The translations under genes were made by a program, and so were the position numbers. From a virus: DNA of 64,000 nucleotides. The notes below the pieces were generated by a model. The model had not been told where the DNA came from. It was given only the letters and a program-made list of their open reading frames with translations, and made no database searches. Numbering within the stretch: the first letter of the stretch is position 1; each line of letters opens with the position of its first letter. The DNA is taken from the IMG/VR virus record IMGVR_UViG_3300038466_000014. One strand, written 5' to 3'. Shown in pieces: positions 10,526 through 20,559 of this stretch.

Positions 10526-10883
10526 TCGTGGTCTTCTCCTCGGTAAGAGATATAGTATTCGAATGTCTTTCTAAAGTATGAGCAATTTGTTCAATAATGT
10601 CTCTGTCTTCTCCTGCACGGGAATCTTCTGATTTTACTTGAATAGAAAACTCGGATTGTATAGAAGAGTTAATTTCTCTTCTTATCGCAAGTTCGGTACT
10701 CAATACCATTGAAATGTTTTTCATTTTTTCATCTATTAAATGTTTACTTTTAAAATCTTTACTTCCTGGTAAAATAGATATGAGATGATCTTTAAATGAC
10801 TGGATAGGTTCCAGCATCTTTTTCATCTCTTCCCTGTTTTCCCTCATCTCATTAATCAAACCGTCAATAATTTCCTGTTTCAT
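10518..10883 (-). CDS. Hypothetical coiled-coil protein
   Basis: ORF overlapping recA start. Confidence 0.45.
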   Translation of the reverse strand: MKQEIIDGLINEMRENREEMKKMLEPIQSFKDHLISILPGSKDFKSKHLIDEKMKNISMVLSTELAIRREINSSIQSEFSIQVKSEDSRAGEDRDIIEQIAHTLERHSNTISLTEEKTTND

Positions 10884-10889
10884 TATATT

Positions 10890-11078
10890 CTATCCTAAAA
10901 GAAGTTTACCTTTTGGCATTTCTGTTTCCGCCAGAGTGAGTGTGAGTTCCGAAGCTGCCTCAGCTTTCTTACCACACTTAGGACAACGAAATATTTGATT
11001 TGATTCCGTACCACCGTCAACTCTTTTCATTATATAACCGCAGTTACAAACCATCGCGTTTCCTACTTCATGTGCCAT
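10890..11078 (-). CDS. Small zinc-ribbon protein
   Basis: CNCG...CPKCG. Confidence 0.55.
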   Translation of the reverse strand: MAHEVGNAMVCNCGYIMKRVDGGTESNQIFRCPKCGKKAEAASELTLTLAETEMPKGKLLLG

Positions 11079-11158
11079 TATATACCCCCGAATTGATTTT
11101 GATACGTATAACCCACGAACTTTTATGGATTATACGTATGTTTGTCATTAAATTCAAT

Positions 11159-12400
11159 CTACAATTTAGAAGCCAGTACCATATCGGTAATAGGACCTCT
11201 GGATTTAGTTCCTTTTAATACCAGATGTCCGTAGTTGGGCATACCTTTAAATTTTCTTACAACCCAGTTTAACCCGTTGTTCTGGGCGTTGAGATGCGGA
11301 TGATCTACTTGACTTGTGTCGCCAAGAATAAAACATTTTACATTTTCACCCATACGGGTCAGTATAGCCCGCATTTCATGGCGGGAGTTATTCTGACTCT
11401 CGTCCATAATAACTACGGCATTTTCTATATTCATACTTCTAACGTAACTTAAATTCATCAACTCAAATTTTTCATCGTTGAATTCAAGTTTAGAGTATGG
11501 AACTTTTGCTTTCCCATCATAATCTAAAAATATACCTGAAATGGGTCTTATCCGGTATAATTTATATATTAGATCTTTAATGCCTCTCATATAAGGAGCG
11601 GCTTTTGATTTCTCATCTCCGGGAAGGAATCCCTGCGGTTGCCCTATTTCAATCGTTGGTTTAAATACAAAAATTTTATCGAATTTTTTAGGTTTTTCGA
11701 AAACAAGTTTTAAGGCGCACGCAAGGGACAGCATTGTCTTTCCATATCCGGCTTCTGATTGTAGAGTAACAACATTGATGTCCGGATCAAGCATGAGTTC
11801 AACGGCTGCGTTTTGATAATGATTCCTTGGTGTAACATTCCAAACTATGTTGTCATATATAATTGGTTTTACGTTGTCAGAATCTTTATGATACATTAAC
11901 ATATTTTTATTTTCTGAATCTCTATAGAAGGAGTTTGATGGTTTTTGTTCATCGTTTTCATCCACAAACCCTGTATATATTTGCGATTCAGATGTGAACG
12001 CATTGGAGGAAATATACTCTTGCGAAGATATCCCCTCGTATTTTAGCTTAATCCGAAACATTCTATCATTGGTAACAACTATTTGTTCATCACAATCCTG
12101 AAAATAAATCTCTCTGTGTTTGTTGGCAAATTTTATATCCTCAATAATATCACTATCATTCGATTCATAACTGTATTTTTTACCATCTATCTTTATAACC
12201 TTTATAAAACCACTATTATCAATTTTCTCGGATATTCTTGCAATTAGATGCGCTATGTCTTGTCTACGTTTTAGACGGTCCAATTCCATTAATACAGAAT
12301 ATGGAAGAATAATTGTGTTTTCAACACCATTTCTGAGTACGTCAATGGCATCCGGGTCTTCTATTAGAACGTTCGTGTCTAAGATATATGCCTTGTGCAT
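11159..12400 (-). CDS. phoH: PIN-domain PhoH-family ATPase (PhoH2/YlaK-like)
   Basis: YILDTNVLI PIN start, VTNDR; AGYGKT, GFLPG, IMDESQN, LTRMGE, GDTSQVD. Confidence 0.92.
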   Translation of the reverse strand: MHKAYILDTNVLIEDPDAIDVLRNGVENTIILPYSVLMELDRLKRRQDIAHLIARISEKIDNSGFIKVIKIDGKKYSYESNDSDIIEDIKFANKHREIYFQDCDEQIVVTNDRMFRIKLKYEGISSQEYISSNAFTSESQIYTGFVDENDEQKPSNSFYRDSENKNMLMYHKDSDNVKPIIYDNIVWNVTPRNHYQNAAVELMLDPDINVVTLQSEAGYGKTMLSLACALKLVFEKPKKFDKIFVFKPTIEIGQPQGFLPGDEKSKAAPYMRGIKDLIYKLYRIRPISGIFLDYDGKAKVPYSKLEFNDEKFELMNLSYVRSMNIENAVVIMDESQNNSRHEMRAILTRMGENVKCFILGDTSQVDHPHLNAQNNGLNWVVRKFKGMPNYGHLVLKGTKSRGPITDMVLASKL

Positions 12401-12759
12401 AAAAGTCCCCGATTCTTCTAAGTTTTTTTATTACATATCACAATTATTAAACCAATTGCTATCAATAGTATGACAACTAATGACAATAAAAATCGTATAT
12501 AAAATGTAAATATTAATCCATATATAAATCCCACAATTAAAAAAAATATAATTAATAATTCACCAAAATTGAACATATTATTTTAACATACGACTTTATA
12601 GAGTTTTTCTCCAAGAGCAAATAATGTGGAAATGGCAATAACATCGATTATATTACTTACAAAAAATATTACTATAAATATCTGAAGCGATGTTTTTATA
12701 ACGTCTTTTAACACCTCCAAGAGCTTTTCCACCAACATTTCCTTTCCGGGAATAAGGAT

Positions 12760-14070
12760 TTATTTACCTTTATATCCGACAATAATTTTTACCATTTCTT
12801 TCCACCCGAACGGGTTACCAATTCTCGCATCGATGGACGATTTAAATCCACGGAACGAAAGATCCAATTCTCTGTCGTTTTTGTATAGTTCGAGTATATA
12901 CTGATAAACTTCCTTCTTAATATTCATATCAACTTCAGGAGCTATAAACCGCATAAAATCTTCGATCATTTTTACAACTTCTTCCGTATTAAATTTCACT
13001 TCAAACGTGGGCGCTCTGCTAACCAGCGCCCGGTTAATTTGATCTCTGGTAAGATTGGTAATTATCAATATTTTACCCTTAAACTCAAATTTATCTGGAG
13101 CTTCCGGTTCTTCACCTTCCAATCCCAATCTCATTAACGCTTCTCTTGGAAACGAAATGATTCTTCTTGAATATGAATCAGTAATCGACTTAAGCATGTT
13201 GACCATATTCTCATCACCCAAAGGCGTATCAAAATCGTCGAGAACAAGTATTTTATTTCTGTTCTTATAAAGCAGAGAATACACTTCAGACATTCCTAAA
13301 GCGGAACCCTTGACAATGGTATAATCTTTACCCGGAAGCATATCGTTAAAGTATAAGGTACGTCTTACAATATATGTTTTTGACATACCTGGAGGACCAC
13401 ATATAATAAACGCCGGAGCGTTTCCCTCTATAACATGCTCGATAAAATTAATTGTTCCCGCATAGGCATCAAATACAGGTTCTCTCTTCATCTGGTCTGA
13501 AAACAATGCGTGGTTGATTTTTTGTTCCACGGGACCGGCTACATATTTTTCTTTGGTCCACTTTATAACGGATGCGATCAAATAATACATTTTGGCGATT
13601 GTACCTATACTAAGAAATGTAATAGGCACCCAAAATGGTTTAACCAAATTCATAACCCTACCTTCACTCATTATTTGTTCGGCAATGGTTTTCTTGCCAC
13701 TGTCCGCAACATTAGACTCATTTATCTTTTGTTTCCCCTTGCTCGAAATCTTATATGCCTCTAATAACTCATTAATAAACTTCAATACTTCGTCGTTTGT
13801 TTTATCCGGTTTTATGACATACCCTTCTATTGGAAAACCGGTATAATCTATAGCATCTATAGAATAAAACGACTTAAGTTTTTTATCTTTGTATGTAATG
13901 CGTAAAATTTTTACACCTTCATTTGTATGAAAAAAATATTTAATTCCATATAAGGTTCCATGATTGGCTGTAAATATTTCATCCGCACCGGGTACTTTTA
14001 TAACCTTCTTAACACCATCAAATTTTTTATTTTGTAAATTCAAAAGAAATTCTCTATCTGTTAACTCCAT
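12760..14070 (-). CDS. AAA+ ATPase with uncharacterised N-terminal region
   Basis: Walker A GPPGMSKT, Walker B LVLDDFD, IITN, ALVSR. Confidence 0.8.
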   Translation of the reverse strand: MELTDREFLLNLQNKKFDGVKKVIKVPGADEIFTANHGTLYGIKYFFHTNEGVKILRITYKDKKLKSFYSIDAIDYTGFPIEGYVIKPDKTNDEVLKFINELLEAYKISSKGKQKINESNVADSGKKTIAEQIMSEGRVMNLVKPFWVPITFLSIGTIAKMYYLIASVIKWTKEKYVAGPVEQKINHALFSDQMKREPVFDAYAGTINFIEHVIEGNAPAFIICGPPGMSKTYIVRRTLYFNDMLPGKDYTIVKGSALGMSEVYSLLYKNRNKILVLDDFDTPLGDENMVNMLKSITDSYSRRIISFPREALMRLGLEGEEPEAPDKFEFKGKILIITNLTRDQINRALVSRAPTFEVKFNTEEVVKMIEDFMRFIAPEVDMNIKKEVYQYILELYKNDRELDLSFRGFKSSIDARIGNPFGWKEMVKIIVGYKGK

Positions 14071-14126
14071 TAGTTTTCTTCCTCCACAAAAAAAGAAATT
14101 GTTTACCGTCCAAAACCACTTTGATA

Positions 14127-14144
14127 TTTTATAATTTGTCCTGA
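14127..14144 (-). promoter_or_regulatory. Class B promoter-like motif
   Basis: TCAGGACAAATTATAAAA, identical to 9249-9266. Confidence 0.65.
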
Positions 14145-14145
14145 A

Positions 14146-14640
14146 CTAATATGCGGAATTTATACGCATTTTACTACTTTTATATCTTATATCCCGAGTT
14201 CTGTGAATTTTCTGATTTGCAGTGGCAAGTTCAATACCAAAACATATATTGTTCTTACATTTTTTATGTGTGGAATATTCTCCTGTTTTGATGTAATCAC
14301 ACAATCCGATAATATCGTCCGGAATATCTTGTAGTTCATATCGTGTAAACAACCATACTGGTAAATCAAGAATTTTTAAATCTGAAAGCATTGTTATCAA
14401 ATGTTCTTTCTTTTGATCTAACGGTTCGCCTCCAAATATCATAATATTATGTATAATTGTTCTAAAATTTTGTACTTTTGTAGAAAGTTTATAAAAAAAA
14501 TTAGGGGTGTATAATTCACCCTGGTTAAATGACCAAAGTTCCGGATTATGACAACCCTCACAATGAGGGCCTTTGCATCCGGAAACATATATATCCAAAG
14601 ATCTTCTTTTTAGAGAGAAGTCTGTTGCCACAATGTTCAT
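14146..14640 (-). CDS. nrdG: Anaerobic RNR activating protein (radical SAM)
   Basis: YVSGCKGPHCEGCHNPELW, GGEPLDQ, NQKI; near nrdD. Confidence 0.92.
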   Translation of the reverse strand: MNIVATDFSLKRRSLDIYVSGCKGPHCEGCHNPELWSFNQGELYTPNFFYKLSTKVQNFRTIIHNIMIFGGEPLDQKKEHLITMLSDLKILDLPVWLFTRYELQDIPDDIIGLCDYIKTGEYSTHKKCKNNICFGIELATANQKIHRTRDIRYKSSKMRINSAY

Positions 14641-14691
14641 ACAACCAACCTCCGAAAGTTTTTATTTAAAATCTTTATAAAATCCATATAT

Positions 14692-15072
14692 TCAAATATA
14701 ATTGTTATTAAATGTATGTAAATGATTGGGGGGTCCGATACCATAGATTTTCTTAATATCTATACTTTCCAGATACAGAATTGGAGAACCAATAAATATA
14801 GCTACCCCATTTTTACAAGTATCGAAATAACGAAAAAAACATTCCTCTGATATACCTGCAAGTATTTTAGTTTTTTGCCATAATATTTCTACTGGCTCAT
14901 ATAAAATATCATTTATCAAAAATTCACCTACTATTTTTTTAACCGGAGCACTTGAATAAACCACTATAGATTCAATATCTTTTTTAAATCTTTTTTTCCT
15001 ATATTCAACTTTTTTTACGCCTGAAAAGATCTTGTTTGTATACTCTGGCTTTATCGACATTATTATTCGCAT
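14692..15072 (-). CDS. ASCH-domain protein (probable frameshift in last codons)
   Basis: IMSIKPEYTNKIFSGVKKVEYRK, VYSSAPVKKIVGEF; one more C in the C6 run gives the usual PPQSFTYI* end. Confidence 0.85.
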   Translation of the reverse strand: MRIIMSIKPEYTNKIFSGVKKVEYRKKRFKKDIESIVVYSSAPVKKIVGEFLINDILYEPVEILWQKTKILAGISEECFFRYFDTCKNGVAIFIGSPILYLESIDIKKIYGIGPPNHLHTFNNNYI

Positions 15073-15560
15073 GATTTAAATTCTCTTCTCCCGAATGGGT
15101 GTATATACATACGTTCAAAGTCACAAGACACGGGTCTATTTTTAATCCCATAATATACGAATCCTATTTTTTCAAAAAACGCGATTGTTTTCTTATGTTC
15201 TGGTTGGCGATCGAAAATCGTAAAATATATAGTATCTATGTTGTTATCGAACGCGGTATTAACTATCTCAGATATAATTTCATCTTTTAAATATCTGTAC
15301 GGTTTATCAATTTTAAAACTTCTTATTTTCAATCGTTTATCAGGAGGAAGCACCGGATAAATATCATTATAATCTTCATCCGGACCCTCAATTTTCAAAC
15401 TAATAAACGCCCCGATTTTATCACCAACCGATGTCACATAAGCAATTTCGTTATGATTCTTAATAAACCGGTTTTCGAACTCTGGATATTCAAATTTAAA
15501 GCTGTCAAAAAACACATCTGATATATCTATATCCTTAAAGAGTTTTTGTTCTATAACCAT
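15063..15560 (-). CDS. GNAT-like acetyltransferase of the GNAT-ASCH gene pair
   Basis: FKDIDISDVFFDSF...LKIRSFKI...IYFTIF...FFEKIGFVYYG. Confidence 0.65.
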   Translation of the reverse strand: MVIEQKLFKDIDISDVFFDSFKFEYPEFENRFIKNHNEIAYVTSVGDKIGAFISLKIEGPDEDYNDIYPVLPPDKRLKIRSFKIDKPYRYLKDEIISEIVNTAFDNNIDTIYFTIFDRQPEHKKTIAFFEKIGFVYYGIKNRPVSCDFERMYIHPFGRREFKSCE

Positions 15561-15567
15561 AAACCCT

Positions 15568-17928
15568 TTAGTTTATAGTAATGTCGGAATAGAAATGTCT
15601 GTTTGGATAATCCACCGTTCTTCTTACCTTGCCCCAATTTTTGGTCGATGTTAGAAATCCAACCACACGGGTATAAGAATCTACTATCTCGGCACCACAA
15701 ATGGTACATTTTCCATTTGTACCAACAGTCATGTGCCCGTTTTTGCATCTTTGTATATTATAATTTATAGCGTGATATATAACACCCATCTTTGCGCAGA
15801 TTTTTATCAATTCTTTAATAAGTTCTGGATCTTCTATTCGTTCCCCAACATTGACATGTAAAATACCTCCTCCGGACAAGGACTTGTCGTATAATCCTTG
15901 AAGCCGGATTCTGTCGAGCATATCAGCCTTTACCGTCAATGGAATGAACTGATTCGAATATAATAGATATCCTGTTGGGTTGTATCCCATAATACTGTCT
16001 TTTTCCGCAAGCTTAACGCTTACACTTTCGCCGGGAATCTGTTCCAGATTATGGGCGGATTTATACATTTTTTGCATTTTTTCGACAACATCATTTATAA
16101 TAGTCAAAACATTTGTTACGAATGTTTGACCATTCTCTTCAATAATATTATATCCCATAAGTTCACATGCCTCATTGATACCATTTAATCCAGTAGTAGA
16201 ATACTGTTTTTTCAGATCCATAAATCCGTGGGTATATAATGGTATATTTCCGTTATCGATTCTTTTTTGTAATAGTTGCCGTTTAGCAAAATTAATCTTA
16301 CCGGTAATATATACAAGTTCTGTTAATTGTTCATAGAACTTATCGGCATTTTTTTCACATTTAACAGCAAGCCTCGGAAGATTGATTGTAACCACACCAA
16401 TACTTCCAATTTTAACACTCGACCCGCCAATAGAATTGAAATACTCTGATGTCACGTCAGATCTAAGTCTACAATTATGTGTAATCATTCCAGTAGGTAA
16501 AATGAAATAAGGATTTAACGGATTTTTCATCTCGAAACAATATACAAATTCCGGGTTATCGGGATAATCTTCTATAGATGTGATTTTAATATGTCCATTA
16601 ACCGCAATAATGGTATTTTTATATAATATTTCATCTCCGGGTTTTAACCGAATGGTCTTTTTGTCTCCATCCGGAGTAGGATGAATATGATCCTCAGTCA
16701 CAATTATTTCATTATTATTAGCCATAGTTATCTTGTACATTTTCTTATTATCTTTTGGCACTCTTACTATTCGACCCTCTGAAAACCCGTTTTTAGAAAC
16801 ATGATTTGGAATCATTATTTCTTTATCTTTGTATTTCAAATATAAATTTTCGAATGTGTCTATTTCGTATTTGTTGTCGTATGAGACCCCGGCGGTTTGA
16901 GATTTATGAAAGCAGCACGAGCTAAGAGTGGATGACTTCCCGCAATAAATATTGATAAATCCATACTTTATATTTTTTTCAGAGATCATGGTCAGGAATG
17001 CGTCATCCAATATATTGTTTTCGTCATCTACGACAAAACACGCCGTTGTAACCGGAAACGTAATCGGGGTACGATCCATTTCTTCATTTATCGTGTCTAT
17101 AAATAACTCTTGCAGTGCCATAACGATATCGATATTCGGATATTCTCCAGTTTCCGGACTAAGGTATGCGCCGTCCTTAAACATTGCTTCCAAGAACGGC
17201 CTGTCGAATAATGAGATATTTGTGAATGGACTCTGATTGCCACCGCGTTGTGGTTGATTTAAAGTATATATGAATGAAATAAGGGTTTCTTTCACATATC
17301 TCCAGCAATCTTCCTCTGTCATAAATTTAAATCCTGCGTCAGATTTAGTCTTAAGTATTTTTTCCACATAATGAGCCATCACAATAAGGGTATCCGCCAC
17401 TCCAGAGGCGCCCAGAATGGAATTTGCGGCTATAACAATAAACTGTTCCAGTTGGGACTTAAATGCGTATAGATGTTTTGGGGCTATAGATACGATCTTC
17501 CGTATCATTGGTAACCCCATAAGCATGATATCATATGTGGAAAAATTAAAACAATAGCTCGTTCCGACATTATGAAAATCATGAATATAAATGTCACCGG
17601 AAACCTGCATTTCTATAATGCGGTTCGCTTCCAAGTGGCCGAAGATCTTCTTAAGCTTTTTCCATAATAAGTAGTATGAGTTGAACCTGAAGAACGGTTT
17701 TGGTAGTTCCACGTTATACGCAATAATATCTCTCGAATCCACGTTGGCATTGGAATCCACACTGATATCCGCAGTAGTATTTATATTACTCATAAATTCT
17801 TTACTAAAATTATTCATATCCAATTGTTTTCCTATCCCCTCTATATCAAGAATTTTAGACCCATATTTGGCTTTTAGAAACATCATGAGTTCGTCAAATT
17901 CTCTGTCGTAACTTACATTAAAATACAC
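15568..17928 (-). CDS. nrdD: Class III anaerobic ribonucleotide reductase, intein-containing
   Basis: IYIHD, QSPFTNISLFD, TFPVTT, SSC|CRL, GSIGVVTINLPR, EQIPGE, CxxxH..CxxCG, YTRVVGF glycyl-radical loop. Confidence 0.95.
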   Translation of the reverse strand: MYFNVSYDREFDELMMFLKAKYGSKILDIEGIGKQLDMNNFSKEFMSNINTTADISVDSNANVDSRDIIAYNVELPKPFFRFNSYYLLWKKLKKIFGHLEANRIIEMQVSGDIYIHDFHNVGTSYCFNFSTYDIMLMGLPMIRKIVSIAPKHLYAFKSQLEQFIVIAANSILGASGVADTLIVMAHYVEKILKTKSDAGFKFMTEEDCWRYVKETLISFIYTLNQPQRGGNQSPFTNISLFDRPFLEAMFKDGAYLSPETGEYPNIDIVMALQELFIDTINEEMDRTPITFPVTTACFVVDDENNILDDAFLTMISEKNIKYGFINIYCGKSSTLSSCCFHKSQTAGVSYDNKYEIDTFENLYLKYKDKEIMIPNHVSKNGFSEGRIVRVPKDNKKMYKITMANNNEIIVTEDHIHPTPDGDKKTIRLKPGDEILYKNTIIAVNGHIKITSIEDYPDNPEFVYCFEMKNPLNPYFILPTGMITHNCRLRSDVTSEYFNSIGGSSVKIGSIGVVTINLPRLAVKCEKNADKFYEQLTELVYITGKINFAKRQLLQKRIDNGNIPLYTHGFMDLKKQYSTTGLNGINEACELMGYNIIEENGQTFVTNVLTIINDVVEKMQKMYKSAHNLEQIPGESVSVKLAEKDSIMGYNPTGYLLYSNQFIPLTVKADMLDRIRLQGLYDKSLSGGGILHVNVGERIEDPELIKELIKICAKMGVIYHAINYNIQRCKNGHMTVGTNGKCTICGAEIVDSYTRVVGFLTSTKNWGKVRRTVDYPNRHFYSDITIN
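16474..16914 (-). mobile_element. Mini-intein (147 aa, no homing endonuclease) in NrdD
   Basis: Starts CFHKSQ, block B VTEDHIH, block F VYCFEM, ends ITHN followed by Cys; removal restores SSCCRL. Confidence 0.92.
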
Positions 17929-18464
17929 GCTTCCTCCAATATGTATAAAGGTTCATATTGTTCACAAATATCCGCGATCGATTCCTGTGTTATATTCTGA
18001 TCTGGTTTTCCTTTAACAAGCAGCCAGTTTGTTTGTTTGTGCCATTGTTTATAATTATTGTCGGAATCTTTTCTTACCGATTGTTTATTATTATCCGGAG
18101 ATTTCTGAAATAAAATCAACGCATATTTACCATTCAAAATTGGACCAGATACTTTGAAGGTTATAAAATTTGAAGACCACGCCATAAGTTCCGCTCTGCC
18201 CTTCTGTACTACTTCTACGGTTCCGGCTCCTTTTTCACCAGCAGGAATAGTTCCAGAAAATTCTCCCCAATATAACGGATGATCGGTTGTCCTTATAGCC
18301 AGAGATCTTTCTCCGGGGGTTTTAGGAACTCTAAGTTTCGGTAGTGCCCATGAAGCATATGAGTTTTTATAAGGATATTGAAGTCTTAAATCATAATGCA
18401 TACCTGCTCTTTTAGCATCATGTTTTTGTATTACATAATCTATTACTCTTGTTTTCTGTTCCAT
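17913..18464 (-). CDS. Stand-alone LigD-type 3'-phosphoesterase (PE) domain
   Basis: YVIQKHDA...HYDLRL...SWALPK...LAIRTTDHPLYWGEFSGTIP.GEKGAGTV...WLLVK. Confidence 0.9.
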   Translation of the reverse strand: MEQKTRVIDYVIQKHDAKRAGMHYDLRLQYPYKNSYASWALPKLRVPKTPGERSLAIRTTDHPLYWGEFSGTIPAGEKGAGTVEVVQKGRAELMAWSSNFITFKVSGPILNGKYALILFQKSPDNNKQSVRKDSDNNYKQWHKQTNWLLVKGKPDQNITQESIADICEQYEPLYILEEACILM

Positions 18465-19009
18465 TCTTTTAATTCCTTAATTATAGAGATAAAAATTTTC
18501 CTATCCGATTGTACTACGTCAGATAGGAAAAAAATATACATATATAAATCCGGGACGATCAATCTAATATTTATATTTAATTTGTTTATAATTAAGTTGC
18601 CAAGTTCCGAATGGCAGTGAAATAATACGGGTTTATTATTTTGACGTGTAATTAAAATAGGATGTCTGTTTACGTCGGAAGCTCTCCGTAGGTGGATATT
18701 CCACCAACCCGTTATATTATTACCGGTCATTTCAGGATATAAAATTGACCATATATTAATATCTTTGTAATGTTTAAATTCAAATATACATTTATTTATT
18801 AATAATTTCCCCTCTGGATCGATTGACGCCATATCTCCACAATGGTTTTCAGAAGGTTCCCCTTTCTTGTTTTTGGTTGTCGAATATCCTCCTGAATTAA
18901 TACTTCTCCAGAAGATGTCTTTTTTTTCTTCTCCGGTTATAAACCTTGAAAACTCCCTGCATATTTTCCTCTCGAAAGAATTACCTTTCGATTTACCATT
19001 TATAGTCAT
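18443..19009 (-). CDS. Holliday junction resolvase, Hjc-like PD-(D/E)XK
   Basis: NGKSKGNSFERKIC...SGG...GDM...IFEFKHY. Confidence 0.75.
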   Translation of the reverse strand: MTINGKSKGNSFERKICREFSRFITGEEKKDIFWRSINSGGYSTTKNKKGEPSENHCGDMASIDPEGKLLINKCIFEFKHYKDINIWSILYPEMTGNNITGWWNIHLRRASDVNRHPILITRQNNKPVLFHCHSELGNLIINKLNINIRLIVPDLYMYIFFLSDVVQSDRKIFISIIKELKEWNRKQE

Positions 19010-19073
19010 TTATAATTTGTCCTTTACCCTAACCACATCAACACCCAAAAAGATACGATAACCGAAAATTTAT

Positions 19074-19798
19074 TTAGAGGATGATATTCTCAAAAATGTA
19101 GTTATCAAGTATTCCGCAAAATACATCCAATTGATTTCTATTTTTTACTGTTCATCCAAATATAACATTATGGGTAAATCTTGACAGATATGGAAGATTA
19201 CAATCATCTATACAAAAACATAAAGCGTCTGGAAAAGATAAATTATAAATCTTTTGATAAATTTTATAAAACATATTCTTATTTGTAATAGGAGCCGCAC
19301 AATGCAAAATAATCGGTCTTCCGGTCTCGTTCCTTAGTATCTTTAATTCCCGTGGGTCAAATGACATAAAAACTATTCGCCCTTTATAATCCCTTGTAGC
19401 TTTTACTAACTCACGGATAAAAACTTTTCTATTAAATATTCCACTCTTTAAATCAATAAACAACGGAACCCGATCGTTTACCATTTGTAAAACACTGGAC
19501 AGAATTGGTATATTATATGACGAATTACGCAACTTAAATTGTTTTATATCTCTATAAACGGACCGGGATATCTTTAGGCCGGAATTACATATTCTTTTTT
19601 AAGAGTTGTCGTGATGTACTACAAATATTTTATCTTTAGTCAATCTAATATCAATCTCCACAGCATACCCATTTGATATTGCTGACGATATAGATCCTAT
19701 AGAATTCTCAGGAATTATTTTATTCCATAGCCCCCGGTGCGCTACAGAGGAGCATCCAATAAAAACGATGCAGGTTTTAATTTAGTATTATCATTCAT
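19074..19798 (-). pseudogene. Glycerophosphodiester phosphodiesterase, disrupted
   Basis: VAHRGL...PENS...VEIDIRLTKD...HHD; 2-nt frameshift near 19745; TGA at 19152-19154 in FG*TV (normally WTV). Confidence 0.8.
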
Positions 19799-20530
19799 TT
19801 ATGTGCTCATAAAGACCCCCGGAATAGATGCTTCTCTAAGTCTTTCTATAGTTTCCCTCCGGAGTTCATTACCGTCATTTTTAAGCATGTCTCCCTGCAA
19901 TGGAATATCTCCAAATGGTGTGGATATCTGTCCTTGTCCGTAATGTGTCCGTATAGTTCCAATCCAAATCATAATTTCGGCGAGCGCAAGATCCATAAAA
20001 TCTCTCTCGTGTTCCCCAGGTATCTTTCTCAAATCGTGTGGCTGTCCTCTTTCGTATTCAACAACAAACATTTGATCTATAGTTGGTAAAATACGTACAT
20101 AGTTTGGGCGTATAAACTTTCCAGTATATCCCCACGCGGAAAAAGGCCGTAACATATTTGACTGTAAAGATTTAATAGCCATCTGCGCAACTTCAGAACC
20201 TTGGGCACAGCTTCCACCTATACTAAACGCTGGCCATATGGGATTTCCGGTCGCAAAGTAGCTACTGTCACTGAAATAGTAGTTTCTTACCCCAAGTATG
20301 GATAGATCCTCGGAATCAAAAAACTTATAAATATTCTTTTGATCTGTTATATGGCTTGGATTTGTAGGATACACAACGGCCCAATCTATATCCGGAAAAT
20401 AATCTGAAAACGTTCTTAACGCGGTAGTTATAATATATCTTTTTAATTCCGCATCGGTAGCCTCCACATAACTGCTTGGAAGGGCAATTCTTCTTTTGAC
20501 ATAATATAATACTTCGTCCCAATTCAACAT
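19799..20530 (-). CDS. Putative neck/head-completion protein
   Basis: ALRTFSDYFP...DLALAE...IRTHYG...TPFGDIPL pattern seen in large-phage neck proteins. Confidence 0.45.
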   Translation of the reverse strand: MLNWDEVLYYVKRRIALPSSYVEATDAELKRYIITTALRTFSDYFPDIDWAVVYPTNPSHITDQKNIYKFFDSEDLSILGVRNYYFSDSSYFATGNPIWPAFSIGGSCAQGSEVAQMAIKSLQSNMLRPFSAWGYTGKFIRPNYVRILPTIDQMFVVEYERGQPHDLRKIPGEHERDFMDLALAEIMIWIGTIRTHYGQGQISTPFGDIPLQGDMLKNDGNELRRETIERLREASIPGVFMST

Positions 20531-20559
20531 ATTTATATTCTCTCCTGGAGAGGGTTGCT

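Noticed and set aside
19152-19154. Stop-codon reassignment (TGA at a conserved Trp; TAA/TAG inside other genes)
   Set aside because: All three stop types occur as lesions, usually with frameshifts in the same gene; long core genes are uninterrupted in code 11, and TGA ends genes in ATGA overlaps (e.g. 55097, 55556).
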